A stretch of DNA of 64,000 bases from Paludibacteraceae bacterium (GCA_045639525.1 JAZUDI010000045.1:5479-69478); one strand, 5' to 3'. Positions 49,337 through 59,291 are shown, counted from the first letter of the stretch. Notes: generated from the sequence alone by a model not told the origin. A program made the numbers and translations.

Positions 49337-50350
49337 ATGAAGAAGATACTGATCACTGGTGCGAATGGATTCGTGGGTAGCTTCCTTGTGGAGGAGGCTC
49401 TGCGTAGAGGTTTTGATGTCTATGCGGCGATGCGTTCCGATAGTTCCAAAGCTAATTTAGAGGGGTTGAACCCTAAATTCATAGATCTGCCCTATGCGGA
49501 TAAGAATCGCATGAAGAAGTGCTTGGCGGGTTTGAAGGCCGTTGTCGGACAATTCGATCTGGTCATCCATGCCATGGGACTCACCAAGTGTAAGCATAAG
49601 GAGGATTTTGATATCGTCAATTACGAATATACCTGCAACTTCGTCAACGCCCTAATGGAGAGTGGGATGACGCCTAAGCACTTCATCTATATGAGCAGCC
49701 TCTCCGCTTTCGGTTCTGGTGATAGAAAAACGTTGGAGGAGATTAAACTGACCGATGAGCCTAAACCAGACACCGCTTATGGAGCCAGCAAGTTGAAAAG
49801 CGAGCGATTCTTGGCCTCATTAGATGTCAAGACATTCCCCTATACCATTTTACGACCTACAGGCGTTTATGGCCCCAAGGAGAAGGACTATTTCGTGATG
49901 CTGGATACAATTAAGAAACATCTGAATCCTGGCATTGGCTTTGATCCGCAATACATCACCTTCATCTATGTGAGGGATCTGGTGGAGGTCGCCTTCTTGG
50001 CGGCTGAAAAGCAGGGAACAGGTAAGGCCTATTTTGTGGCCGATGGCGATGTGTGGACCTCCGACGCCTACCAGAAGCTCTGCAAACAGTTGTTGGGCGT
50101 GAAGTGGACTTTAAACATCAAGGTGCCTTGCTGCCTGGTGAAGGTGTTGGCCTTCCTTTTCGATAAGATCGGAGGGCTCTTCGGTGTTACGCCAACGTTG
50201 AATATGGATAAGTACAACATCCTCTCCGCTACCAATTGGAAATGCGATATCGAACCATTGCGCAAAGACTTTGGCTTTAAGGCGAAATATAATTTGGTGA
50301 AGGGGCTGAAAGAGAGTATCCGTTGGTACAAGCAGAAGGGTTGGTTGTGA
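49337..50350 (+). CDS. NAD-dependent epimerase/dehydratase-family (SDR) protein
   Basis: ILITGANGFVGS is the Rossmann GxxGxxG motif, and YGASK is the YxxxK motif. Confidence 0.8.
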   Translation: MKKILITGANGFVGSFLVEEALRRGFDVYAAMRSDSSKANLEGLNPKFIDLPYADKNRMKKCLAGLKAVVGQFDLVIHAMGLTKCKHKEDFDIVNYEYTCNFVNALMESGMTPKHFIYMSSLSAFGSGDRKTLEEIKLTDEPKPDTAYGASKLKSERFLASLDVKTFPYTILRPTGVYGPKEKDYFVMLDTIKKHLNPGIGFDPQYITFIYVRDLVEVAFLAAEKQGTGKAYFVADGDVWTSDAYQKLCKQLLGVKWTLNIKVPCCLVKVLAFLFDKIGGLFGVTPTLNMDKYNILSATNWKCDIEPLRKDFGFKAKYNLVKGLKESIRWYKQKGWL

Positions 50351-50998
50351 TTACTCAAACTCGAACTTCTCGATCATATACCAATTTTTGTTGATGCGGA
50401 TGAAGTTGTACATGCTCGCCATGCGTCCCTTTTGGTAGATGTAGATTTTCCTGTTGTTTCCCTTTTCGTCCGATTTGAAATGGATCATTTGCGGGTATAG
50501 ATTGGTCAGTTCCACTGGGTCCCAATCTCTTGGCATGATCAGTTTCCGTTTGGTCTGCTCCTTGCCTACAATGACATTGATAGGGAAGGGGAAGATGGTG
50601 TGGTTGATCTGAAAATCTTTGTTTTGAGAGAATTGAAGGATGAAATCCGGAAATTCGTCGTAAGCCTCCTTCCCGATAGCCTTGGCCTTCTCACTGGAAT
50701 AGCTCCATTTCCCGCCGCCCCTCTTGAAGGTGGTCTCCACAACGCTTCTCTTCTTAAAGTCGAAATAGGCGGTGCTATGCTGCGGTGTGTTGGTGAATGG
50801 AATCGAATCGATGGTGATGATGGCGAAGTTTTTGGCGTCGGTTCCCTGATAGGGGCTTCTCTTGCCTGCCGTAATCAATTCGTTGAGGATATGGGAAGAC
50901 AGTTCTTGTGCTGCGGAAGGGATCACCGTTCCGAAGAGAAGAATTAGCGTGTAAATATGTTTTTTCAATATCCCCATTATAAATCGATAGCTCATCAA
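50351..50998 (-). CDS. Hypothetical secreted protein (possibly DUF4348-like)
   Basis: Has a signal peptide. The motif FILQFSQNKDFQINHTIFPFPI is the basis for the family guess, which is low confidence. Confidence 0.45.
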   Translation of the reverse strand: MMSYRFIMGILKKHIYTLILLFGTVIPSAAQELSSHILNELITAGKRSPYQGTDAKNFAIITIDSIPFTNTPQHSTAYFDFKKRSVVETTFKRGGGKWSYSSEKAKAIGKEAYDEFPDFILQFSQNKDFQINHTIFPFPINVIVGKEQTKRKLIMPRDWDPVELTNLYPQMIHFKSDEKGNNRKIYIYQKGRMASMYNFIRINKNWYMIEKFEFE

Positions 50999-51082
50999 TT
51001 TCAGGCAAAAATAGTCAAAAGCGATGAAATAGAAAAACCTAAAGAGTTAATTAGTTTGAAAGAGTGAGGTGGTGGGTGTTCG

Positions 51083-51120
51083 AAAAAAGTGAGGAGTCCG
51101 TATCATACGGGCTCCCCACT
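51083..51120 (-). terminator. Rho-independent terminator after 51162..52661
   Basis: On the minus strand, GGGGAGCCCGTA-tga-TACGGACTCCTC followed by ACTTTTTT. Confidence 0.65.
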
Positions 51121-51161
51121 TGTAAATGCTTTCCCCTTTGAGGAGGAACATAATTGCTTGA

Positions 51162-52661
51162 TTAAGGCATAGCTACGAATACGTTATCTACGCCTTCTGT
51201 CTCATCAGGAAGTGCGTTGTTGTCGAAGATGTTGCCCTTGCCGCAATTCTCGAATTTCAAACCAGAAACGCCACCCTTGAATACGTTAGACCAGTCGCGA
51301 GAGTAAACCCACTCGCCATCCACCTCTTCTTCAAGAGTATTGGTTCTGACAATCAGACCATACTCTTTCGCGTTCTTGATGGTAAGATTCTCAACTGCCA
51401 AGTATTGCTCGTCGTAGTAGTCAACTATCAAGCATCTTTCGTTTCCATCGCTGATGACAACATTTTTGAAGATGTTTTCGCTATTGTCAGACTTAAACTC
51501 GACACCTTCCCAGTAGCCAGCCTTGTTCTCCAAACCGCTGATTACGATAGGCGCAGCCTCTGTTCCTAGCAATTTGATAGTTGCACCACCAGAGATGTGG
51601 AAACCTGAGTTTTTCTTAAATACCATAGAGACGCCTTCGTTAACGGTCAATTCTCCATCAACGTAAAGTGCATCGAAGAAATAAGGAGCACCCATTGCGT
51701 TGAGCGTCAATTTTTCATCTTCGAGAACGTCGTCACCCCAGCCGAAAACGATGAAGTTCTCTTTGTTGTTTTCGAATTTGTTTCCTGTGCCAAGTGCATT
51801 CGCATTTAGTTTTGTCATGCTCATTGCGTAACCATCCATATTCTTGATGGTGTTGTTTTCGAATGCCTTTAGGTTCTTAGCACCTCCATACGTTGTTGAG
51901 AATCCACAACCGAGTCCGCCGTCAATCGTACAGTTCTTGACTGAGACGGAACCATCACCATAGGTTCTCAAGACGCCAGAATCTTTTTCTTCACTCGAAC
52001 CGCCATTCTTCAAGATGACATACTCCATCTGGTTGTCGGCACGGTTGGAAGCATATTGGATATAGCCCCATGATCCTTTGCTTGGATTGTTGATAGGACC
52101 TTGGAAAACGATAGGTTTCTCCGCGGTTCCGACCATCTTCAATCCTGCGTTTTCACCCACTTCGATGATACCGTTAGTTCCTGTAAAGGCAATGGTTACA
52201 CCTGGTTCGATAGTCAAACAAGCATTTCCTTCTACGTAGAAAGTACCGTCGATGATATAGTCGATTGGCAAACCGAGGTCTTTTAATGTCTTGTTCTCGT
52301 TCATGGTTCCCGACAATGTCATCGCATCGTTGATGTCAGTGATGTCGCCGCCGTTTCCGCCATTTCCACCCTCGCCAGCGGCGAAGATTGCGGTGAATGA
52401 CATGTTTTTGTTGACGATTACGGTACGAGGGTTGTCTGTGTTGTTGTCATCCCATTTGGTGAAGTGAAAACCGCTTTCCGCTACCGCTTTGATGATGGCT
52501 TGTGTTCCATCTTCATAGACTCCGCCACCTGTTACGATACCCTTGTTCGCGTCAGAAGACGTAACCGTCAGCGTGAATTCGTCCTTCTCCTTCTTGCAAC
52601 TTGTGAATAGGATAGCACCCACTGCGAGCATGCATCCCAAAACTTTAAAAAATCTACTCAT
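51162..52661 (-). CDS. Lipoprotein with an N-terminal Listeria/Bacteroides-type repeat and a right-handed beta-helix region
   Basis: Lipobox FTSCK. TLTVTSSDANKGIVTGGGVYEDGTQAIIKAVAESGFHFTKWDD is an InlB B-repeat-like unit. A GGNGGNGG linker follows, then repetitive N/G/V-rich beta-helix-like turns. Confidence 0.6.
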   Translation of the reverse strand: MSRFFKVLGCMLAVGAILFTSCKKEKDEFTLTVTSSDANKGIVTGGGVYEDGTQAIIKAVAESGFHFTKWDDNNTDNPRTVIVNKNMSFTAIFAAGEGGNGGNGGDITDINDAMTLSGTMNENKTLKDLGLPIDYIIDGTFYVEGNACLTIEPGVTIAFTGTNGIIEVGENAGLKMVGTAEKPIVFQGPINNPSKGSWGYIQYASNRADNQMEYVILKNGGSSEEKDSGVLRTYGDGSVSVKNCTIDGGLGCGFSTTYGGAKNLKAFENNTIKNMDGYAMSMTKLNANALGTGNKFENNKENFIVFGWGDDVLEDEKLTLNAMGAPYFFDALYVDGELTVNEGVSMVFKKNSGFHISGGATIKLLGTEAAPIVISGLENKAGYWEGVEFKSDNSENIFKNVVISDGNERCLIVDYYDEQYLAVENLTIKNAKEYGLIVRTNTLEEEVDGEWVYSRDWSNVFKGGVSGLKFENCGKGNIFDNNALPDETEGVDNVFVAMP

Positions 52662-52859
52662 AAAATAATTCTATTTGTTTATTAAATAATCTCACACCAG
52701 CTGTCTAGTTCTGCTCCCAGTATGTAGTTTCCTCAGAACTGAAAGATTTTTTTCAAAAATAACAACATTAAATTAATAAACAAAGAATATCAACTTTTTT
52801 TTTTGTAGATGATTTTTATCATTTCGCAATTTGCGAAATGATAATGTGTGAGAAGGATT

Positions 52860-55800
52860 TTACTCCCTGATCAAGGTGAAGTGTCCCGTGAATTGTCGGT
52901 CGATTTCCGGCATATTGATTACGTACCAGTAATCTGTGGAGGATTGTGCCCTGCCGTTATAGGATCCGTCCCATCCCTCATCGTCGCTAACGCCTTCGTA
53001 AAGCAACTTCCCGAAACGGTCGAAAATCTTATAAGAGGCGCGTGGATAACGGTTCAGGTTCTCCACTGCCCAGTTCTCTTTTCCCTCCACGAAATATTCC
53101 GGGATGTGGATGCCATAAACAGGTGTCTCGAATGTATATTCACTTTTACAACCCAATTCATTGGTGATGGTGACATGGTAGGTCGCACCGAAGGAGACAT
53201 TTTCTATGATGTTGGAGGTCGTGATTTCTCGACCCTCGCCGAAATCATAGTAGAGGGTATGTCCGTCGGATTCCGCCTCTATTTTGTAACCAGTCGCCCC
53301 ATATTCCGTGCAGGAGAGCACCTCTGGGTAAGGGAATACCTCCACGGTCCCCTCCGTCTTGTCTTCGCAGATACCGTTTCGGACACTGACGATGTAGTGG
53401 GTGGTGGCGGCGGGACTCACTTTGAGCGTTGGGGCGGATCCCAAGCTGCTCTCGAAATTGCTTTGCGCTGTGCTCCAGATGATCTCTGTGTAGTCACTCA
53501 TTCCCGCAATGCGTAGTGTGACGGAGTCGCCTTCGCAGATCTGCGCGTCGCCCACCGAGATGTCAAGCGGAGCATAGACGACCACTGTGGTGTAAATCGG
53601 TTTGGTTGGACATCCGTTTTCGGATGAGGCGGTGAGCTTGTAGCGGGTGGTCACCTCCGGCGTGACGGTGAGTGATTCGACGCCTTGCTCGACCTTCCTG
53701 TATGCCGATTCGTCTGTCCGGACAGCTTCCCATACGATAGAGGATGGGTTGGAGCATACGGTTTGGAGCGTGACGGTTTCTCCGCCGCAGATGGTGTCGT
53801 TTGGAATCTCTGCGAGGGTTGCTCCTTCGTCCACAATGGCGGTGATGATGCCCGATCCGTTCGGACAATATTTTGCGGTGTAGGACATTTTGTACTGTGT
53901 CGTCTCATCAGGTAAAACGCTGAAAAGGGTGCCTGTGACGTTCAATGGGGTGAAGTCGTCGTCGCTAATGCCCTTTTGCGACCATTTGATGTCGGTGGGC
54001 TTGCCGGTGAATTCTACGCTGATGTCGGTCTTCTCGTGTGAGCAAATCGCTACCGTCGAATCCATTTCAAAGGATATTTTAGGTTCTACCAACAACCTCC
54101 TCTCGTTGGAGATGGCATGTGGACAAACCGCCTCTCCGTCGGAAACGAGTCGGTAATTCACATTCTTTTCCGCCGTAAAGATCCATTGGTCGTTCATTGA
54201 TTGGTCGAAGGTCTCGTAATCCTCTTCTCCGTCAAACATCCTTTGCCATTGGATATTCTTCACATCTTCTTGCGTCACGGTGAGCGTCACATCGTCCCCC
54301 TCGCAAGCGCCCTCTGTGGAGAGCGAAATGGTAAGTTGAGGCTTTTTCTCCACCTCCACTACGAAGTCCTTTGTGACGGTTGGGCACTTTCTGCCCTGGA
54401 TAGCGAGTTGGTAGGTGCTCCGCTCGGTGGGTGTGTCTGTGATAGAGAGACGGGAAGAGGAAAGAATCTCTTCTCCCTTTTTCCAAGCGAAGGTGTTGCG
54501 TTCTGTTAGATCGGCTATGGCGACGAATTCCACGGATGTTCCTTCACAAACGATGGTCGGGACGGGAGCTACCGTGACGGAGACTTTAGGCTCGACGCTC
54601 ACCCGTACCACGTTGGAGTAGATGGTGGGGCAGACATTGGAGTTGGCTGCGGATTTAATGCGGTAGTAGGTGGTGTTGGTCGGCATCGTCGCCTTGATGT
54701 CTGTTTTAGGATCAAACTCCGAGAAGTTTTCTCCATCTTGCGATTTCTCCCAAATGATGGTGTGGGAGGTCTCCTCGTAGCCGACATACATCTTCGCCAA
54801 TTCGCCTTCGCAGATGCTGTCCTTGTCGATCTGCAACCAAACCTCGCCATTGCTCTCTACATTGACATTCACAGATTTTTTTGAGGTCGGGCAGTAGATG
54901 CCCTTCACGTTGAATTCGTAGTAGGTGGCTTGGGTAGGAGCGTGCTTCATCGTGAATTCTCCAGTTGAGAGGGTGTCTTTGTTGACAATCCAGGCGATGG
55001 AGTTGATCTTTTCGTCAATCTCCGCGCTCGCCGTTATTTTCAGTTCGGAGCCTTTGCAGATGGCAGCCGGTAATTCGCTTAGTTGGATATCCTTCACGCG
55101 CTTCTCCGCGTAGACAAACACGGTGTCGGAATAGAGGGTAGGGCAATCTCCCCATTCCGCTTTGGCACGGTAGTAGGTGGTCTGTTGGGGCTGGACGACT
55201 CCTGTCGCCTCGTCGTGAGAGAAACTGTTGAATTTCAGGTCGCTTCCCGTAGCGTACTCCCAGGTTAGTGGGCGGGTGTTCTCTGTGACAGCGGAGAGTA
55301 CGACGTCGTCGCCTTCGCAGACGCTGTCTTTGGAGAGCTTCAGCCTGATGGGAAGGGCCAATCCGCAAGTGTCATATTTGTCAGGCAGCGCGGAGATGGT
55401 GTTGGAAATGGAGAAGTAGGCGCAACCGTTGGATGGTCCTCCATGCTGGTTGATGTATTCGGCCTCCTTTTGTGCCTCCTCCGGAGTGTCTCCTCCCGTG
55501 ATGATTAGTCGGTAAACGCTGCTTTCCGCTATCTCTTTTTCGATCGTGACATTTTTCCTCTCCAATCCGCTCGCTTCGGGGATGGCTTCCCAGGAGAATC
55601 CGTCGTCATCGGATCTTTGCCATAGGAAATAGATGTGGTCGTAGAGTTTGCTCCAAGGTCCGAGGATGTCGTTGGTGACTTGATAGTCGATGATGGCTTG
55701 GGTTCCGTTTTGGACGGCGGTGCCCATTTCGATGATAGGTTCCACCACCTCGTCGTCATCCAATCTGTAGAGAGATAGATCATCCAATACGAAGTCGTTT

Positions 55801-56492
55801 CCGGTTCCGCTGGAACAGTGGTTCAGCACTTGGAGTTTTAGGATGTCGCCCTCTTCGGCGGTGAATTCAAGGTCGAATTGCTTCCACTCCTTTTGGGCGT
55901 GTGTATAGATGCCGTTGGGGTTTTGGTTGGTGCTGTTGTTGAATTCCCAAAGCGGCAAGTTCCCCGTATCCATGCTCTTGACCACCACCGGATGGTCAGG
56001 ATCCTTGATGTTTACGATGTTCAGCGTAAGGTTGGAGAGCAGAATGTTGAGGTTGGTGAAGGAGATGCAGGCGCCGAATAGGGTGAATCGGTATTGATGG
56101 TTGCCGCAAGCGTCGAACTTCATGGTCTGCTCGTAGATAGGCTCCCCATTTCCGGAACTTCCCACGTTCACGATCAGCATGGCGCCGTCCTTGTTCCCCG
56201 TGTGGTCTCCTCCTGCTGTGAAGTGCTCCGCCCAACTCATGTATGGACATGTCTCTCTGGATCTGATGAAGGACCACCAGGTACTGTTAGCGATGCCGTA
56301 ATATCCATCGTCAATCGTGTGGCACTCAGCAAATCGGTGGTTGGGGACGGTCATGGTCGGGTCTGGAAAATCCTTGATGATGGAATCTTCCGCTACGCCA
56401 AAATCCTCCCGCCATATCAAGTTCCATGTCTGGCTTTGGGCAGTGAAATGGATAAATAATAGTGTTAAGAATATAAATAACTTTTTCAGCAT
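52860..56492 (-). CDS. Large secreted adhesin-like protein: N-terminal jelly-roll-like domain, eight Ig-like Cys-pair repeats, T9SS type B (gliding-motility-associated) C-terminal sorting domain
   Basis: Has a signal peptide. GNDFVLDDLSLY ends the N-terminal domain. The repeat units each carry C-x-G...V.L and ...CPT...V.V motifs. The C-terminal IPEYF...NRYPRASYKIFDRFGKLLYEG...GWDGSYNGRAQSSTDYWYVI is type B CTD-like. Confidence 0.75.
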   Translation of the reverse strand: MLKKLFIFLTLLFIHFTAQSQTWNLIWREDFGVAEDSIIKDFPDPTMTVPNHRFAECHTIDDGYYGIANSTWWSFIRSRETCPYMSWAEHFTAGGDHTGNKDGAMLIVNVGSSGNGEPIYEQTMKFDACGNHQYRFTLFGACISFTNLNILLSNLTLNIVNIKDPDHPVVVKSMDTGNLPLWEFNNSTNQNPNGIYTHAQKEWKQFDLEFTAEEGDILKLQVLNHCSSGTGNDFVLDDLSLYRLDDDEVVEPIIEMGTAVQNGTQAIIDYQVTNDILGPWSKLYDHIYFLWQRSDDDGFSWEAIPEASGLERKNVTIEKEIAESSVYRLIITGGDTPEEAQKEAEYINQHGGPSNGCAYFSISNTISALPDKYDTCGLALPIRLKLSKDSVCEGDDVVLSAVTENTRPLTWEYATGSDLKFNSFSHDEATGVVQPQQTTYYRAKAEWGDCPTLYSDTVFVYAEKRVKDIQLSELPAAICKGSELKITASAEIDEKINSIAWIVNKDTLSTGEFTMKHAPTQATYYEFNVKGIYCPTSKKSVNVNVESNGEVWLQIDKDSICEGELAKMYVGYEETSHTIIWEKSQDGENFSEFDPKTDIKATMPTNTTYYRIKSAANSNVCPTIYSNVVRVSVEPKVSVTVAPVPTIVCEGTSVEFVAIADLTERNTFAWKKGEEILSSSRLSITDTPTERSTYQLAIQGRKCPTVTKDFVVEVEKKPQLTISLSTEGACEGDDVTLTVTQEDVKNIQWQRMFDGEEDYETFDQSMNDQWIFTAEKNVNYRLVSDGEAVCPHAISNERRLLVEPKISFEMDSTVAICSHEKTDISVEFTGKPTDIKWSQKGISDDDFTPLNVTGTLFSVLPDETTQYKMSYTAKYCPNGSGIITAIVDEGATLAEIPNDTICGGETVTLQTVCSNPSSIVWEAVRTDESAYRKVEQGVESLTVTPEVTTRYKLTASSENGCPTKPIYTTVVVYAPLDISVGDAQICEGDSVTLRIAGMSDYTEIIWSTAQSNFESSLGSAPTLKVSPAATTHYIVSVRNGICEDKTEGTVEVFPYPEVLSCTEYGATGYKIEAESDGHTLYYDFGEGREITTSNIIENVSFGATYHVTITNELGCKSEYTFETPVYGIHIPEYFVEGKENWAVENLNRYPRASYKIFDRFGKLLYEGVSDDEGWDGSYNGRAQSSTDYWYVINMPEIDRQFTGHFTLIRE

Positions 56493-56762
56493 CGCTTTAG
56501 CTACGAAAAGATACGCCGTTTCTCTATACAGAGTGGAATCGACCTCCCTTTAAGTGTGGCAAATTTACCATAATTATTTGAAGGGTAGTTATTTTTTGAG
56601 GGAAAATATGCGTTTTATTGAAGTAATTTGGAAATTTAATGTACCTTTGTGTCGTTGAGTTTAGTTGATGCAACGAACGAAAACTTGACAAGGATTATCC
56701 GCTTGGCAAGGGTGGATTTAGGTGTGAATGGAGAAATCTGTCAAACTAAAAAAGTAAAAATT

Positions 56763-57308
56763 ATGCTATCAGTCTTGCTTACTATTTTATTGATCAATAC
56801 AACAAAGTTCCTTTTGGTGTCGTTTCTTCTTTTTCTTCTCTATGAGGGAGGTGTATTTCTCTATTTCCGTTTCGTGAAGGAGGGTAAGGAGCGTCTCTCC
56901 AAGAATGAATTGCGGAAACGCAAGGAGATGAATTACAAGCAGGAGGATCCAGAACCGGTTAGAGAGGCGACGGTGGTCGCTCCCCTCCAACGAACGGAGG
57001 AACGAGAGGGTTGGGAGCAGTTGATCGGCTATCAGCGCCAGACGGTGGTCTCTCCTACGAAAGATGTGGAGAATGAGGGTACCCTCAAACAAAAGAGCGA
57101 GACGGAGTCTATCTTGGCGGATCTCTTCTCCCAGGAGGGCGATGCGCCTAATCTGCCTGATCCCGTGTCGGAATTCTGCCCGAAAGAGTCGGCCGATGAA
57201 AAGTCGGTGGAAGAGGCGCGACACGATAACTCAAAGGAGAACTCTGTGGACGATGAGATGCAACGCTTCTTCTCGAATTTTGATTTCTCCAATATGAGCG
57301 ACCGCTGA
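56763..57308 (+). CDS. Hypothetical membrane-anchored acidic protein
   Basis: The N-terminal hydrophobic stretch MLSVLLTILLINTTKFLLVSFLLFLLY is followed by a charged, low-complexity tail. The ATG at 56763 is preferred over the GTG at 56649. Confidence 0.4.
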   Translation: MLSVLLTILLINTTKFLLVSFLLFLLYEGGVFLYFRFVKEGKERLSKNELRKRKEMNYKQEDPEPVREATVVAPLQRTEEREGWEQLIGYQRQTVVSPTKDVENEGTLKQKSETESILADLFSQEGDAPNLPDPVSEFCPKESADEKSVEEARHDNSKENSVDDEMQRFFSNFDFSNMSDR

Positions 57309-57319
57309 TCGCTCTTCCG

Positions 57320-58765
57320 TCAGGAAGGGCCTCTGGATCTTTTCGGTTGCGTGGTTTGTCTCGGATGCGGCGTTTCCCTTCTCATGACGGGGACCAAGGC
57401 GTTGAGATCCTGGTCTATTTTATACCGCCGCTGCTTGTATTCCACCTCTCCACCTCCTTTAAGAAGTCCGATTATGCTGCTGTTCGGGAAGAGGTGGTTG
57501 ATCTGCTCCTCTAACTTCGCCGCGGTTTGTTGCAGATAGAGTTGAGTCTTATTCCCTTGCAGTAATATCTTGCACCTTATCTCCGCGTTTTTTATTTTGA
57601 GAAGAGGCGATAGCGCTCCGTTGGTGGCACTTTGAAGATGACGGACAGAGTCGTCGTCGAAGAAATCCCGGATGTGAAACTCTTTTTTGTCTCCCTGCGC
57701 CCCTTGCATCACGAGTCTTGAGATGGGGGGAAGCCGCTTCTCGCACATGCCGTGGAGAAGTAGGTGAGCCTTCCCCTCCCGGTTGAATTGGTTGATTTGT
57801 ATGATGTCATACAATTTCTGCTTGGCAACGTCTATCTCCCTTCGCTTGTCGTTCCCGTTCGGGAAGCAGGAACTTTCCATTTTCTGTGAAATGTTTTCCA
57901 CGATGCTGCTCTCCATTTCGTGGTGCGAGGGTGCGATAAGGTTGTAGTCGATTTTTTCGGTCAACTCCTCGGAGGTGCTTTCGATCTCTTTGTTGATTTT
58001 GACATTGCTGATGAGAAGGGTCCCCTCCTCCTCTCGGATGGTGATTTCGTCCATAAGGAGGGAAATCATCTTGTCGTATTTTGGGGAGGCTATATCTCCG
58101 ATCTGTTCTTGCGAGTAGGCAAGATCCATGATCAAGTAATCGATGTGTTGGCTAATGACCTCAAGGTGTTGGTGCGCATCCCTTTCCCGCTCTTTGTCCT
58201 TGGTGTTTTGGGCGATATCGAGCAATTCGTTTTTGGATTTAAGATAACTGAATAGGTTCCTCTTGATGAGGAGTTGTTCCCGCTTCTCCATGATCAGTTC
58301 GTACTCCTCCTCGCTGATCTCCTCGTCGGATAGGATGGTCTCATCATCCTCTTTCCGTAGATATTCGTCCGCTATCGCAGGGGGAATATGGTATTGGATC
58401 ATGCCTCCAGCGCCATAACAACTGTTCTCTGTGGTTTGTGGGCTGTATTCCACTTCAAAGTCCTTGATGACGACGTAGGTCGCCACCCTGTTTTTGTAAA
58501 GGTATTTGTTGCTCCGCATATCTTGCCATGGACTGATCTGCAAACCTTGGCAGAGGATGGATGCCCTTCCGTGGGAGTCGAACAAGTGCTTTTGAGGAAA
58601 ATAGAATTCGCATGGTTTCATGCCGCCTGTCTCATAATAGGCGACCAAGGCACATATTTTGGTGCCACTCCTCAGTAGGGTGGTTTCGTAGGAGTCGATG
58701 CCAGGATACTTGTCGCCTCCTTGTCTGACCGAAGCGGTGAATATGGGCTGTTTATCTCTCTCCAT
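57320..58765 (-). CDS. Hypothetical 481-aa protein; N-terminal domain resembles TNT/DUF4237-type NAD+ glycohydrolase
   Basis: The first ~130 aa read ...LFDSHGRASIL...YLYKNRVATYVVIKDFEVEY...CYGAGGMIQYHIPPAIADEYL. This is compared from memory with the TNT consensus ...RFG...GRF...Y.Y.V.KP..V..G...PWFGQPGGG.QY. An acidic, coiled-coil-like middle and an unknown C-terminal domain follow. Confidence 0.35.
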   Translation of the reverse strand: MERDKQPIFTASVRQGGDKYPGIDSYETTLLRSGTKICALVAYYETGGMKPCEFYFPQKHLFDSHGRASILCQGLQISPWQDMRSNKYLYKNRVATYVVIKDFEVEYSPQTTENSCYGAGGMIQYHIPPAIADEYLRKEDDETILSDEEISEEEYELIMEKREQLLIKRNLFSYLKSKNELLDIAQNTKDKERERDAHQHLEVISQHIDYLIMDLAYSQEQIGDIASPKYDKMISLLMDEITIREEEGTLLISNVKINKEIESTSEELTEKIDYNLIAPSHHEMESSIVENISQKMESSCFPNGNDKRREIDVAKQKLYDIIQINQFNREGKAHLLLHGMCEKRLPPISRLVMQGAQGDKKEFHIRDFFDDDSVRHLQSATNGALSPLLKIKNAEIRCKILLQGNKTQLYLQQTAAKLEEQINHLFPNSSIIGLLKGGGEVEYKQRRYKIDQDLNALVPVMRRETPHPRQTTQPKRSRGPS

Positions 58766-59291
58766 GTAGATGTTTCTTTCCCAAATTCAGGTATTGGCTC
58801 TTCTCTGTTTCGCTCAGATTCCGGTAGCGAATGACGATCTTAATGTCTGGTTCCTCGCCCAGCTCCATGACGGAGCAGATGGATCCCCAGGTGGCGTCGA
58901 ATCGCACCTCTTTGTCCGAGGCTTGGATCTCCATGGGAAGTGCGCTCTCCTGCGCAAGGAAAGCGTCGTGGCCCCTCTTGATGGTTTGTGCGATCTCCTT
59001 GGCGTTCTCTCTGCTCTCCCAGGTTTGGGTGTGCGCGGCTTCCTCGGATCGGATGGTGATGCTCTCCAAAAAATTGTTTCTGCCAAAGCGGATCTCGATG
59101 CGATAGTCCTTCCCGTGGGAGGATAGATGCGGATAGATGAATCCGTTTCTGCCGGCGGATTGACAGTTTTGTGCGTCGATTTGTTTTCGATGAAACGCTC
59201 CGCTCAAATAGTTCTCTTTGGATAGCATGGGCTCGAAGCTTACTTCGACTGTGTTGTCCCATGCCATTTTCCCCGTTAATAAATCTATCAT
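58752..59291 (-). CDS. Hypothetical 179-aa protein, overlaps the downstream 481-aa gene by 14 nt
   Basis: An intact ORF whose stop lies inside the start of 57320..58765. No recognisable motif. Confidence 0.5.
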   Translation of the reverse strand: MIDLLTGKMAWDNTVEVSFEPMLSKENYLSGAFHRKQIDAQNCQSAGRNGFIYPHLSSHGKDYRIEIRFGRNNFLESITIRSEEAAHTQTWESRENAKEIAQTIKRGHDAFLAQESALPMEIQASDKEVRFDATWGSICSVMELGEEPDIKIVIRYRNLSETEKSQYLNLGKKHLHGER

